Shown here in pieces: positions 1 to 10,871 of a DNA stretch of 64,000 nucleotides. The translations under genes were made by a program, and so were the position numbers. The stretch lies in the NCBI GenBank assembly GCA_963755915.1, contig CAVWLP010000002.1:4544001-4608000 (forward strand), written 5' to 3'. How positions within the stretch are numbered: position 1 is the stretch's first letter; each line of letters begins with the position of its first letter. The DNA comes from an uncultured Phycisphaerales bacterium (GTDB lineage Bacteria; Planctomycetota; Phycisphaerae; Tepidisphaerales; Tepidisphaeraceae). Below the pieces are notes generated by a model. The model ran no database searches. It had not been told where the DNA came from and worked only from the letters and a program-made list of their open reading frames with translations.

Positions 1-98
1 GACCGATTGCTCCGTCGTCACGCCCGGGCGGCTACACGGCTAACGGGTCATTCCATGGTGAACTCCTTTCAGTTCACAAGACAAAACCGGTTTCACTG

Positions 99-170
99 AC
101 GCACCAGAGGCGCGAAGGCGCGGAGGGAAACAGGGATTTGGATTCTCTGCGCCTTTGCGCCTCTGCGTGA
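99..170. repeat. Palindromic element built from ~9-bp units (AGAGGCGCG/AAGGCGCGG ... CTCTGCGCC/TTTGCGCCT)
   Basis: Left arm acgcaccagaggcgcgaaggcgcggagg (99-126) is nearly the reverse complement of ctctgcgcctttgcgcctctgcgtga (~145-170); intergenic, just past a gene end. Confidence 0.75.
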
Positions 171-179
171 GATTTCTTT

Positions 180-1016
180 TTATGGATTCGAATCCGGCAT
201 TGTCGCCGGCCCGCGAGGCATGTCGGCGTGGAAGGTGAATTCGGTCCCGCCCGTCAGTTGCGTGGCTTCGCCTGGCGCCGTGGAGTATTTGCTCGAGCCC
301 GTCTGGTCGCTCTTGACGATCATGCCGGCGGCGATGTCGACCAGCAGGGTGAGGCTGGAGCTGACGTCTTCCTCGATGTGGCCGGTCTCGTGATAGGCGG
401 TGGCGACGGAGGCCGATATCTGTGCCATTTGCCGGCCGTTGATGGTTTTCACCCAATCGAGCCGGCCGATGGCCATCAGTTTGTCCGTTGGCCCCAGGTC
501 GGAATGCTTGGCGACCTTGTCGCTGCAGTCGAAAGTCTGCCCGACGGCAATCGGATGGTCGGGATAGAAATCCTCGTCGGGGGTCATGAAATTGTCGAGG
601 AGATTGGAGTCGTCGTCGCCGGCGCTGCCGCTGAAATCGTCGCTGAAGGTTTCATCGGGATGGCGCGAGAGGATGATCGCTTTTCCCGCGTAGGGGCAGG
701 GAGTTTTCTTAATGGCGCCGCCATTGTCGGCCGAACCGTCGAAGCTGGCGGGGTCGATCTCGGCCTTGGAGCGAAGTGAAGAGCCGTTTTTCTGGTCCAG
801 AACTGTCAGGGTGACGGTCCAATCTTCGATGGTGTCGGTGTTGAGATTCGTCTGTACGCCGCCGGTGGTGGAGTTGGTCTTCGATTTGTCGTCAGAAACG
901 ACGTGGAACGTGCTGACCTCACCGACGTGCAGGTTTTCGTGGATGCTGTAGGTTTCGTCCGCAAAAGCCGTGGCGCAGAGAACGATTGTCAGGACGGAAA
1001 TCAGGATGGCCCGCAT
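180..1016 (-). CDS. Secreted hypothetical protein, predicted beta-rich
   Basis: Signal peptide MRAILISVLTIVLCATAFA with AFA cleavage site; start moved to ATG 1016, TATGCT 7 nt upstream. Confidence 0.75.
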   Translation of the reverse strand: MRAILISVLTIVLCATAFADETYSIHENLHVGEVSTFHVVSDDKSKTNSTTGGVQTNLNTDTIEDWTVTLTVLDQKNGSSLRSKAEIDPASFDGSADNGGAIKKTPCPYAGKAIILSRHPDETFSDDFSGSAGDDDSNLLDNFMTPDEDFYPDHPIAVGQTFDCSDKVAKHSDLGPTDKLMAIGRLDWVKTINGRQMAQISASVATAYHETGHIEEDVSSSLTLLVDIAAGMIVKSDQTGSSKYSTAPGEATQLTGGTEFTFHADMPRGPATMPDSNP

Positions 1017-1082
1017 GACGGCGAGCATACCGGAAGCCGGTGAAAGTTTCGAGATGCAGCAAACTACAGAGCGCTGCCTGCG

Positions 1083-1652
1083 CTATTTCGCCTGAATCAT
1101 ATCCGCGAGCTGGTCGTGATATGCCCCCAGATTGGAGGCGAGCCTGGTGAGGAAATCCTTGCGCTGGGGATCATCTTCAATCTGCACCAGCGCGGTGCAC
1201 AGCAACTGGCCGTAGCGCGTGGCCTGGAGCTGGGTGAGGATCAGGCGAAGCTGAAATGTCTTTCCGCTGGAAAACAGCAGTTCCTTTTCGTCGGTTTTGG
1301 ATTCCAGATCGCGGGTCTCCTGCTCCATCCGTGGCAGATCGGGAACATTGAACTCGGAGCGGCCGTCCTGCTTCTGGTAGTCGTCCAACTGCGTTTTGGC
1401 GTCGGAGCAGGTCGAGGCAATCTGTTTGATGAGCTGCTTCACCGGGTCATCGACGCTCTTGACGACGAGGATCTTGTCGACGTCGCCCTCGTCGCTCATG
1501 AGGCGATAGAGGATGCTGTATCCCTGGTATCGTGCGTGAATAAGACCGCCATCAGACGCGGGTGAGGCCGGCCCTGTGGTGGGCGTTTGGTGTGACGCGC
1601 AACCGACGAGGCCAATCGCTACGAGGCTGAGGAGGGCTGCGCAAATCTTCAT
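1083..1652 (-). CDS. Hypothetical lipoprotein, helical
   Basis: MKICAALLSLVAIGLVGC lipobox followed by a T/P/A linker. Confidence 0.75.
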   Translation of the reverse strand: MKICAALLSLVAIGLVGCASHQTPTTGPASPASDGGLIHARYQGYSILYRLMSDEGDVDKILVVKSVDDPVKQLIKQIASTCSDAKTQLDDYQKQDGRSEFNVPDLPRMEQETRDLESKTDEKELLFSSGKTFQLRLILTQLQATRYGQLLCTALVQIEDDPQRKDFLTRLASNLGAYHDQLADMIQAK

Positions 1653-1723
1653 CTTTTCCTGACAGGAGGAAGAATAGCAGAAAACCATGCGTGGCCGCAT
1701 CGGCAAAAATCTGAAGGGGCCGG

Positions 1724-3642
1724 CTACGACGATTTAACCGGTAAGACCGCGGGCGTCTCGGCCGTGCGACCCGCGACGGAGGCGACCGTCGCCAGCAATT
1801 CGGACGCCTCGACCGGCTTGGACACGTGAACCTGATATCCGGCCATCAGGGCGCGGGTGCGGTCTTCTGAGCGCGCGAACGCGGTCAGCGCGATGGCCGG
1901 CGTTTTGCCCCCCTCTTCGGGGGGCATCGATCGAACCTGCTTGAGAAATTCATACCCATCGATTTCGGGCATTCCGATATCGCTCACCAGAACGTCCGGT
2001 TTCTGCGATTGAAGGATCGGCATGGCCTCGGCCGCCGAACCGGCGGTGATTACGCTGGCGTTGCATCCTTCGAGCATCCGCTTGATGAGGTCGCGGGCAT
2101 CCTGTTCGTCGTCGACGACCAGGATTTTCAGGCCCTGGAGCGTCATGCGCGAGGCGTTGAGGGCATCCATCGCGACGGACGTGCGTGTGAATTCGCCGTC
2201 GCCCTTGTCGAGGTCTCCGCGGAGGACGTAGAGGGGAAGCGTGACGCGGAAGGAGGCGCCGTGGCCTTCGCCCTCGCTGTTGGCGCTGATTTCGCCGCCT
2301 TGAAGATCGACCAGTTGTTTGGTAATGGCCAAACCGATTCCCAGGCCGCCGTGGCGCCGGGTGGTGGACGGATCGGCCTGACGAAAGCGATCGAAAAGAT
2401 AAGGCATGAACTGCGCCGCGATGCCCTGGCCGTTGTCGGCGACGGAAAGCTCCACGTGCGAATTCACGCGGGCAAGCTGAACCTGAATTCGCCCGCCCTT
2501 GGGGGTGAACTTGATGGCGTTTGAAAGCAGGTTCCAGACGATCTGCTGAAGGCGGCCGGGATCGGCCGCCACGGGGCCGGCGTTGGGATCGAGGATCTGT
2601 TCGAGGTTGATCCCCTTGGCCTGGGCGGCGGGCCGGATCGATTCGGTCGCGGCTTCGATGATTTTCGAGGGCATCACCCGCTGAATGTCGAGGCGGAGTT
2701 TGCCGGAGATGATCCGGCTCATGTCCAGCAGGTCTTCGATGAGCCGGGTCTGGAGGCGGGCGTTTCGCTCGATGGTCGCCAGGCCCTGCTCCAGGTCTTT
2801 CTCATCGTAGCCGGCCTTGAGAAGCTGCGACCAACCGACGATGGCGTTCAGCGGCGTGCGCAGCTCATGGGAAAGCGTGGCCAGAAATTCGTCCTTCATG
2901 CGGTTGGCGTGTTCGGCGGCGCTGCGGGCGGCGCGCTCGCTGGCGAGGAGGCGGGATTTTTCGTCTTCGGCGCGTTTTCGCTCGGAAATGTCGCGGAGGA
3001 TGATCTGCACGCCGCGCCCACCATGCCACGACGCGGCGCCGGCGAGCGATTCGACGGGAATGGTGCTGCCGTCCATGCACAGCCAATCCTCGTAGACTGC
3101 TGGCACGCTCCCGCCCTCCTCAAGCAGACGATTCATTCGCGCCTGCGCGCCGCGCGGCTTCGGGGCGAAATAAAATCGACTGGTGAGCGGCCCAGCATGT
3201 CTTCCACGCCCCTGCCGCCGAACATTTTCACCGCGGCCTTATTGACGAAAGCGATCTTTCCATCGGCGATGACAAACTTCGCGTCTGGGCTCAGATCGAA
3301 CAGCAGGCGATAGCGCCCCTCGCTCTCATCGCGTTCGGCGGCGCTTTTGACGGCGGCCTGGCGGCTCATACGCTCGGCCCAGGCGACCCGGCGAATGGCA
3401 AACATCGCGATCAGCAGCAGCAGGGAAATCGTCGTCGCGATGTACGGGCTCAGATGTTCGCGGTTTTGAATCGGGACTTTCAGGGCGAGGAGGCGACCGC
3501 CAAACATCACCAGCAGCGCCGCCGCCAACACGAGCCACGGCCGCCGGTCGTTGACCTCGCGCGACATGCGGATGGCAAACAAGATTGCCGCGAGTTGAAG
3601 GACCGCTGATATGCTGTAAAGGATGGTGTCAACCCGATCCAT
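1724..3642 (-). CDS. Membrane-anchored PAS hybrid sensor histidine kinase/response regulator (frameshift near 3140)
   Basis: H-box FLATLSHELRTPL, N-box NLLSNAIKFT, G-boxes DNGQGI and GGLGIGL, receiver VVDDE..SDIGMPEIDG..KP; 3 TM helices and PAS start lie in ORF 3133-3693. Confidence 0.9.
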
Positions 3643-3780
3643 CTGTGGCGATATCTTAGCGATTTGCGTGGTATTTAAGAAGATGCCAATCACGGGGGGC
3701 CTCGCTCAAATTTGCGGGGCAATAGGCGATTTGTCGCGGTCAGGCGGAATTCTCATTTGGCATTGGCCGCCGCCCTTCCC

Positions 3781-3786
3781 TACAAT
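3781..3786 (+). promoter_or_regulatory. Putative sigma70 -10 box (TACAAT) for the VWA gene
   Basis: 8 nt before ATG 3795; TTGGCA 18 nt upstream; no SD. Confidence 0.55.
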
Positions 3787-3794
3787 CCCCCAAC

Positions 3795-4957
3795 ATGAAG
3801 TATTTTTACGGTGAATTCGACGGGCAGGAGTTTCCCACCCCCGACAAGCTTTTCGGGTTTGATCAGCTTATGCAGTTCATCATGGAGCACGGCGAACAGG
3901 CGCTGAAGGCCATTCAGCAAATGATGAACGACCCGAAAAATGAGGCCCAATCGGATTTGCTGGAGCAATTGCTGAAGGACGGAATGCTCGACAAGGACGG
4001 CCAGGGCAAGCTTCGGCTCACGCCCCGGGCCGTTTCGAAAATGCAGCGCAAGGCCCTGATGGAGGTTTTCGCCAACCTTAAGGATGGGCAGCGCGAGGGA
4101 CATGAACGCGTTACCCCCGGCCTTGGCGGCGAACGTATCGAAGGGACCAAGCCCTATTCCTATGGCGATCCCGTATCCGAACTCGATCTGCATCAGACGC
4201 TTCACAACGCCCTGACCCGCCACGGCCTGCCCGCAAAAACGGGCGGGCAAAGCAAAATCCGGTTCGACGAGAAAGATTTTGAGCTGCATCTGCATGAGGG
4301 GGTGACAAGCTGCTCAACCGTTGTGCTGATCGACATGAGCGGGTCGATGATGCGGTATGGGCGGTTCCTATCCGCCAAGCGGGTGGCGATGGCCATGCAG
4401 GCGCTGGTTCGCGGAAGGTTTCCGCAGGACAGTATCGACTTTGTCGGCTTTTATTCCGGCGCTTCGCGCATTCCGGAAGTGATGCTGCCGCTGACGATGC
4501 CCAAACCCGTGACGATTTACGACTACCAGGTTCGGCTGAAGGTGCCGCTCGCTCAGCTCGACAAGCGCCGCAACATTTCACGAACCTGCACATGGGGCTC
4601 CAGCTTGCCCGGCGGATTCTGCGGAAGCGCTCCAGCGAGAACAAGCAGATCTTCATCATCACGGATGGCCAGCCGACGGCACACGTGGAGGGAGACTTCG
4701 CCTGGCTACTTTATCCGCCCGATCCGCGGAGCACCGTGGCGACGCTGAAGGAAGCCGTCACGGCCGTGCGCGAGGGGTGCCGAATCAGCACGTTTGCCCT
4801 TATCGAAGATTACTGGGGCATGGACTGGGTCGGGTTCGTCGATCAGCTCACCAAGCTGACCAAGGGCGTGGCGTTTTACACCAGCAGCGGCGAGCTGGCA
4901 TCGTGCATCATGGAAAGCTATCTCAGCGGGCGAAAGAAAAAACAGTACATTGCATAG
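3795..4957 (+). CDS. VWA domain protein (frameshift near 4565)
   Basis: MIDAS motif DMSGS, then TNLHMGLQL and IITDGQPT in the second frame. Confidence 0.85.
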
Positions 4958-4960
4958 CCT

Positions 4961-5545
4961 ATGGCACTGAAAATCCTTGGCGTCAGCGGCAGCCTTCGAT
5001 CGCGCTCCACCAGTTTGCGGGCGCTGACCGTTTTGCTCGACCAGGCGAGGGAATTCGGCGCGGAGACCCGGCTGCTGGACCTGCGCCAGGCGGACCTGCC
5101 GATGTACAGCCCCGACGCCGAGCCGGATGCGCATGTGACACGGATACTGGGGGATGTGACCTGGGCGGAGGCATTTTTGCTGGCCACGCCGGACTATCAC
5201 GGGGCCATGTCCGGGGCGATGAAGAATTTTCTGGATTACCACTGGTCGGAATTCAGCGGGAAGCTTTTCGGATATGTGTGCGCCTCGCACGAAAAGGGAT
5301 TGACGGTGATGGAGGGAATGCGGGTGGCCGTTCGGCAGTGCTACGGCTGGAGCCTTCCCTACGGGCTGGCCATCGACGGCAAGCACGACCTTGACGAAGA
5401 GGGGCGGATTAAGAGTCCCGCGCTACAGTCCCGCTTGCGGATGATGGCTCGGGACACGGTGATCTATGGGACGATGCTTTACACGCAGTTCCTCGAGGAT
5501 GTCGCCAGGAATGTGCCGGAGTCGTTTGCGGCGAGGTACGGCTAG
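4961..5545 (+). CDS. NADPH-dependent FMN reductase
   Basis: GSLRSRSTS and TPDYHGAMSGAMKNFLD motifs. Confidence 0.9.
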   Translation: MALKILGVSGSLRSRSTSLRALTVLLDQAREFGAETRLLDLRQADLPMYSPDAEPDAHVTRILGDVTWAEAFLLATPDYHGAMSGAMKNFLDYHWSEFSGKLFGYVCASHEKGLTVMEGMRVAVRQCYGWSLPYGLAIDGKHDLDEEGRIKSPALQSRLRMMARDTVIYGTMLYTQFLEDVARNVPESFAARYG

Positions 5546-5587
5546 CTAGCTTGACGAACCCTAACTCCATCCCTTCCAATTATTTTC

Positions 5588-6451
5588 ATGAACGTCAGCG
5601 CTGCCGAGGTCATTGAAACCTTTGACACTGCGGCCGAGGAAAACAAGCTTTCCTCGCTGCGGCAGGAGCAGACCGTCAATCTCCCTGCCACGGGGGAAGT
5701 CTGGATGACGGGGGACATACACGACCACCGCACCAACTTCGCCAAGCTGCTTCGCGTGGCCGATCTGGGGAACAATCCGCAGCGGCATCTGGTGCTCCAC
5801 GAGCTGATCCACGGCGACCATTACGACGCCGCCGGCGCCGAAGACAGTTGGCATACCCTCTACCAGGCGGCGGCGCTCAAATGCTCCTTCGCGTCGCAGG
5901 TGCATTTCATGCTCGCCAATCACGACCTGGCGCAGATTCAGGGGGAGGGAATCATGAAGGCCGGCTTCAGCGTTTGCGAGGCATTTATCGCCGGCGTGAA
6001 GCGCGATTTCGCAGAACATACGGACGCGGTGAATTTTTCCATCAGTGAGTTTCTTCTCTCGCTGCCGCTGGCGATTCGCTGTCCGCAGGGGCTGTTTTTC
6101 TGTCACAGCCTTCCCACCGATTCGCAGATCGACAGTTTTGATTTCACGATTTTCGACCGTGCGCTCAATGGCCGCGATTACCAGCGGCGGGTAGGGCCGG
6201 TTTATCAGCTCATCTGGGGAAGGAACATGACGCCCGCTACGGTGGCGAAATTTGCCGGGAAGGTGGATACAAAGATTCTCATCACCGGGCATCAGCCGCA
6301 GGAATCGGGGTATGCGACCAATGGCGATCAGCATCTGATTTTGGCGTCGGATCATAATCAAGGGGTATTTTTGCCGATCGATTTGAGCAGGCCGTATCAG
6401 ATGCCCGAACTGCTGGAGGCGATTCAGAAGTTCGTGGCGATCGACGCCTGA
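5588..6451 (+). CDS. Calcineurin-like metallophosphoesterase
   Basis: GDIHD, ANHD, HS and GHQP motifs. Confidence 0.8.
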   Translation: MNVSAAEVIETFDTAAEENKLSSLRQEQTVNLPATGEVWMTGDIHDHRTNFAKLLRVADLGNNPQRHLVLHELIHGDHYDAAGAEDSWHTLYQAAALKCSFASQVHFMLANHDLAQIQGEGIMKAGFSVCEAFIAGVKRDFAEHTDAVNFSISEFLLSLPLAIRCPQGLFFCHSLPTDSQIDSFDFTIFDRALNGRDYQRRVGPVYQLIWGRNMTPATVAKFAGKVDTKILITGHQPQESGYATNGDQHLILASDHNQGVFLPIDLSRPYQMPELLEAIQKFVAIDA

Positions 6452-6487
6452 GTGCGGAAGAGCCGCGTAGCGCGGTACAACATATCA

Positions 6488-8347
6488 ATGGCGGAGACAT
6501 TGGCGCGACCCGTGATGCTCTTCGACGGCCGCTGCACGTTTTGCCGGCGGTGGACGGAACGATGGAAGGCGCACGTTGGGGAGGCGGTTGATTTTCAGCC
6601 GTCGCAACTGGCCGGCCCCAGATTCCCGCAGATCGATCCCGCGGGATTCGCAAAGGCGGTCTATCTCGCCGAGCCCGATGGCAGGATTTCGCACGGCGCG
6701 GAGGCGGTTTTCCGCGCGCTGGCGGTGTCGGGAAAATATCGCTGGCTCCGGGCGGCGTACCAGTTTTTTCCCGGGTTCGCGCCGCTTTCCGAGGCGTGTT
6801 ACCGCGTCGTCGCATCGCACCGGGATTTGTTCGACTGGCTCGATATGCGACTGATCGGGCCGGGAATCGAACCGGCAAGTTACCGGCTCACCCGGCAGAT
6901 TTTTCTGCGGTTGCTGGGGGTGGTTTATTTCATCGCGTTTGTCTCGCTTTGGGTACAGATTGATGGATTGATCGGGAGCCATGGAATTCTCCCGGTGCGG
7001 GAGTTCCTCCCCACGGATTATCAGGCCTTCGGCCGACAGGGATTTTGGGGGTATCCAACCCTTTGCTGGTTCAGCCAGAGCGATGCGATGCTCCATTGGC
7101 TCTGTGGAGGAGGCGCGGCGCTGGCAGTGATGGTGGTCATGGGAATCGCGCAGTTGCCGGCATTGATACTGCTTTTCGTCTGCTACCTTTCCCTCATGAC
7201 CGTCGGCCAGGATTTCCTGGGATATCAGTGGGACTCCCTGCTGCTGGAGACGGGATTCCTCGCGATATTTTTCGCGCCCCTACGCCTGTGGCCTTCGCGC
7301 CGGCCGGGGACCGAGCCTTCTTGGGTGGTGCGCTGGCTTTTGCGTTGGCTGCTCTTTCGCCTGATGTTCATGTCGGGCGCGGTGAAGCTTTCCAGCGGCG
7401 ACGTGGCGTGGCGATCGTTTGCCGCCCTGCGATATCACTACATGACCCAGCCGCTGCCGAACTGGGTGAGCTGGTATTTCGCCCAGGCGCCCAATTGGTT
7501 TCAGGCATTCTCATGCGGCGTGGTATTTCTCGCCGAACTCGTCGTCCCCTTCCTGATATTCACCCCGCGGCGATTGCGCATCCTGGCCTTCTGGATGCTG
7601 GTCCTTTTTCAGTCGCTGATCACGCTCACGGGGAACTATGGCTTCTTCAATATCCTCGCAATCGCGCTCTGCTGTTTGCTGCCGGATGATGCGTTCTGGC
7701 GCTGGGTTTTGCATCGCAAGAAGCCGACCACAGCACCCAAGCCATCGCCTCGATGGCGGAAATGGATCACAGCGCCGCTCGCGGCCGTCTATCTTGCGGC
7801 AAGCCTGCCGGTCGGTATCAGCGCGTTTCGCGTTGAGCTTCCCTGGCCGTCGTTCGTAGAATATCTGGATGCGGTGCTTGGGCGGTTCTGCATCGTCAAC
7901 AGCTACGGCCTGTTTGCCGTGATGACCACAACGCGACCCGAACTTATCATCGAAGGCAGCGTTGATGGCGTAAATTGGAAGCCCTACGAGTTTAAATGGA
8001 AAATGGGCGATCTGGCTCGCCGGCCGGCATTTGCGACGCCACACATGCCCCGGCTCGATTGGCAGCTTTGGTTTGCCGCCCTCTATGCACAGGCAGGAGA
8101 CACGTCGAATAATCAGTGGCTGGCAGCGTTCATGCAGCGGCTGCTGGAGAATTCTCCACCGGTGATCGGCTTATTGAAGACCAATCCCTTTCCCGACCAG
8201 CCGCCCAGGTTTGTGCGGGCACTGTTGTTTGATTACAAATTCACGGACTTTCAGGAGCGAGGAAAGACGGGCAACTGGTGGAAGCGATCGGAAATCGGCG
8301 AGTATTTCGAGACCTCCAGTTTTCCAAACCAGGGGGCGAATCAATAG
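6488..8347 (+). CDS. Lipase maturation factor (LMF) family membrane protein with N-terminal DCC1-like thiol-disulfide oxidoreductase domain
   Basis: FDGRCTFC (DxxCxxC); LMF motifs QWDSLLLETGF, HYMTQPLP, PHMPRLDWQLWFAAL. Confidence 0.9.
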   Translation: MAETLARPVMLFDGRCTFCRRWTERWKAHVGEAVDFQPSQLAGPRFPQIDPAGFAKAVYLAEPDGRISHGAEAVFRALAVSGKYRWLRAAYQFFPGFAPLSEACYRVVASHRDLFDWLDMRLIGPGIEPASYRLTRQIFLRLLGVVYFIAFVSLWVQIDGLIGSHGILPVREFLPTDYQAFGRQGFWGYPTLCWFSQSDAMLHWLCGGGAALAVMVVMGIAQLPALILLFVCYLSLMTVGQDFLGYQWDSLLLETGFLAIFFAPLRLWPSRRPGTEPSWVVRWLLRWLLFRLMFMSGAVKLSSGDVAWRSFAALRYHYMTQPLPNWVSWYFAQAPNWFQAFSCGVVFLAELVVPFLIFTPRRLRILAFWMLVLFQSLITLTGNYGFFNILAIALCCLLPDDAFWRWVLHRKKPTTAPKPSPRWRKWITAPLAAVYLAASLPVGISAFRVELPWPSFVEYLDAVLGRFCIVNSYGLFAVMTTTRPELIIEGSVDGVNWKPYEFKWKMGDLARRPAFATPHMPRLDWQLWFAALYAQAGDTSNNQWLAAFMQRLLENSPPVIGLLKTNPFPDQPPRFVRALLFDYKFTDFQERGKTGNWWKRSEIGEYFETSSFPNQGANQ

Positions 8348-8359
8348 CGGGAGGACGCT

Positions 8360-10077
8360 ATGCAGGAAATTCTTGAACAGGTTGGGCGAGAGCGCTATCG
8401 CCCCAGCGGGCGCGTGGCGTTGACACGATTCTTTCCGCTGGTTCTCTGTACCACGATCCTGGCGCTGGGGCTGGCATTCCTGATGGATTGGCTCTTCACC
8501 CGAGGATGGTACCTGATTGTTATCGTGCCCCTCTTCGCGGCATTTTTCATGGTCGTCAACATCTGGCTCGCAGTCAGATGGGGCAAATGTCGTGCGCCGG
8601 GACTGGCGGCATTTTTTGGGCTGGTCATGGGCATCCTCCTTTACGGGGGGCAATACTATTTCGGCATGCTGGGACTCATCGGCTACGACAACTGGACCCG
8701 CGTCGACCTGCTGCCGCGATATATCTCGATGCGAATCCACAGCGACACCACGCACGACATGGACATGCCCGATCAAAAAAACTCGCCCAGCGTTTTCATG
8801 AATGGTTTCGCGTTTGTACTGGAAAGCGGGGCTGTTTTGCTCCTCTGCACCCTCGGCGGATATCGCGCTGCCCAGCAGGCGTATTGCGAAACGTGCGGCG
8901 CCTGGAAACGCCGCGCCACGGCCGTCTTCGCACCCGGCAATCAAAAGAATATCTACGAATGGCTCAACAACGGCGAGATTGCAAATCTCAGAACCCTGCC
9001 GCTCTATTCACCCATCGGTAAAAAACGTATCGCGACCGTCGTCCAGGCGGAACGGTGCGCCGCCGGCGCCCAAACCTGTGTAACCTATCTTTCGGCGAAG
9101 AACATGAGTGCCAGCACCGGCGGAGGAATTCACAACGCAGTCCAGTTGACCGGGGTTCCCCATTTACAGATCAGCGAGCCGGAATGGGTGATGATTCAGC
9201 CGCTTTTTCCGAAGCTGGCGGGGAATTTAACTGTCGAGGGCGCGCCGGCGCAATTTACCCCGGCCACCGCCGGGCCTTCAGCGATGCCGGCCATAAATCG
9301 CGGCGCGCTCATCGAAGTCCAGCCGATTCCCGCTGCCGACGCCCACAAGGTCTTGACCAAAGCCGGAATTGCGATGGGAAACCTGGCCGCGCTCTCGGTG
9401 CTGGTGGTCTTCATCGGCTCCATCGTCGGAATGGCGGCCCCGATGATTATGGTGTTTAACGCCGTTTCAAATTCCCATCATGTGAACCCGATCATCGCAG
9501 CTTTGGCGGTGCTTGTTTCGCTGGCCTTCTTTGTTCTCTTTTGCCTGAGCATCTACATGGCTCTGAAAAATCCAGGCGTGGTGGGAAACCGCTATTACTG
9601 GTTCCGATCGCGCAGCTCGATCGCGTCGAGACTCAATAAATGGGTCGATCCGCAGCGCCCCGCCGGCTCGGAAACCTATTTCAACGGCATCGTGCCGCGC
9701 GAGCGGTGGGGCAAGCTTGCGATGGAGATGGCCACCGATATCGGCTTCACCGAGATCGACCCGCGCCGCCGCGAGATTCGATTCGAGGGAGACGTGCAGC
9801 GGTTCCGGATTCCGATTTCGGCCATCACCAATTGCCAGATGGTCTGCTATTTCAGCACCGCAGGGTCAAACCAGATCGAATATTGGCTGGTCGTGGTTCA
9901 GGGGAGCACCGCAGGCGGACCATGGGAAGCCCCCATCGCGCCGCGCGTAATAAAATGCTCACCCGCCCCGGCAGCCAGCGAATTCTTGCTCAGCAACTTC
10001 ACGATGAGATTACGGCGCTGATGCCCGCGCCTCCGCCGGATCCAAATCTGCAGTATGAACGGCAGTTAAGAGCTTAG
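8360..10077 (+). CDS. Hypothetical multi-pass membrane protein with a Cys cluster (probable frameshift near 9950)
   Basis: SD GGAGG; about 6 TM segments; YCETCGAWK and CAAGAQTC. Confidence 0.7.
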
Positions 10078-10871
10078 GACTGCGCCGGCTTTTTCCCCTG
10101 AATGACGTGCTTGGTTTTCGGATGTTTTGGGCGCACGCCATAGCGAGTTCCTTCGCCCGTCTCCGTCGCCCCTGCGCCTGAGAGAGGAGTCTTCGCCTGG
10201 TTACCGTTCTGGGCGACGTCGCGGTCGTGCGGGCGCCACCAGCGCCGCTTCTGCCCTTCCTTCACGATCGCCACCGCGTCTTCCGGGCGATCGACGATCC
10301 GGAAGATGTCCATATCTTCTGAATCGATGAAATCGGGCAGCCTGTGCCGCATCCACTCGACGAGGCCTGTCCAGTATTCCGTGCCGAAGAGGATGACCGG
10401 GAACGGCTCGATCTTGAGCGTTTGGATCAGCGTCAGTGTTTCAAAGCACTCATCCAGTGTGCCGAACCCGCCGGGGAAGCAGATGAATGCCGACGCGTAT
10501 TTAACGAACATCACCTTGCGGGCATAGAAATAATGGAAATCGAGGCTCACGTTGAGATATTGATTGCTGTCCTGCTCGTGCGGCAGGGAGATATTCAGCC
10601 CCACGCTTTTCCCGCCGGCGTCCATCGCCCCTTTGTTGGCCGCCTCCATGATTCCCGGTCCGCCGCCGGTGATGACGGCGAATTTCGACTTGGCCAGAAG
10701 CCGCCCGGTTTCCTCAGCGGCTTTGTACTGCGAATGCCCGGGCTTCGTGCGAGCGCTGCCGAAAATCGAAACGGCTTTGCCAACCTTGCCCATCGTGTCG
10801 AACCCTTCGACGAACTCCGCCATCATGCGGAAAATCCGCCACCCGTCCTTGCCTTCCTCGTTTCGTATCAC
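10074..10871 (-). CDS. LOG family (TIGR00730) nucleotide monophosphate nucleosidase
   Basis: TGGGPGIMEAANKGA and PGGFGTLDE; GTG start overlaps the thyX stop (GTGA), SD AGGAG. Confidence 0.9.
   Translation of the reverse strand: MIRNEEGKDGWRIFRMMAEFVEGFDTMGKVGKAVSIFGSARTKPGHSQYKAAEETGRLLAKSKFAVITGGGPGIMEAANKGAMDAGGKSVGLNISLPHEQDSNQYLNVSLDFHYFYARKVMFVKYASAFICFPGGFGTLDECFETLTLIQTLKIEPFPVILFGTEYWTGLVEWMRHRLPDFIDSEDMDIFRIVDRPEDAVAIVKEGQKRRWWRPHDRDVAQNGNQAKTPLSGAGATETGEGTRYGVRPKHPKTKHVIQGKKPAQS

Noticed and set aside
1..70. SD (GAAAGGAG) plus ATG on the minus strand at the window edge
   Set aside because: All three frames stop within about 30 nt; cannot be resolved without flanking sequence
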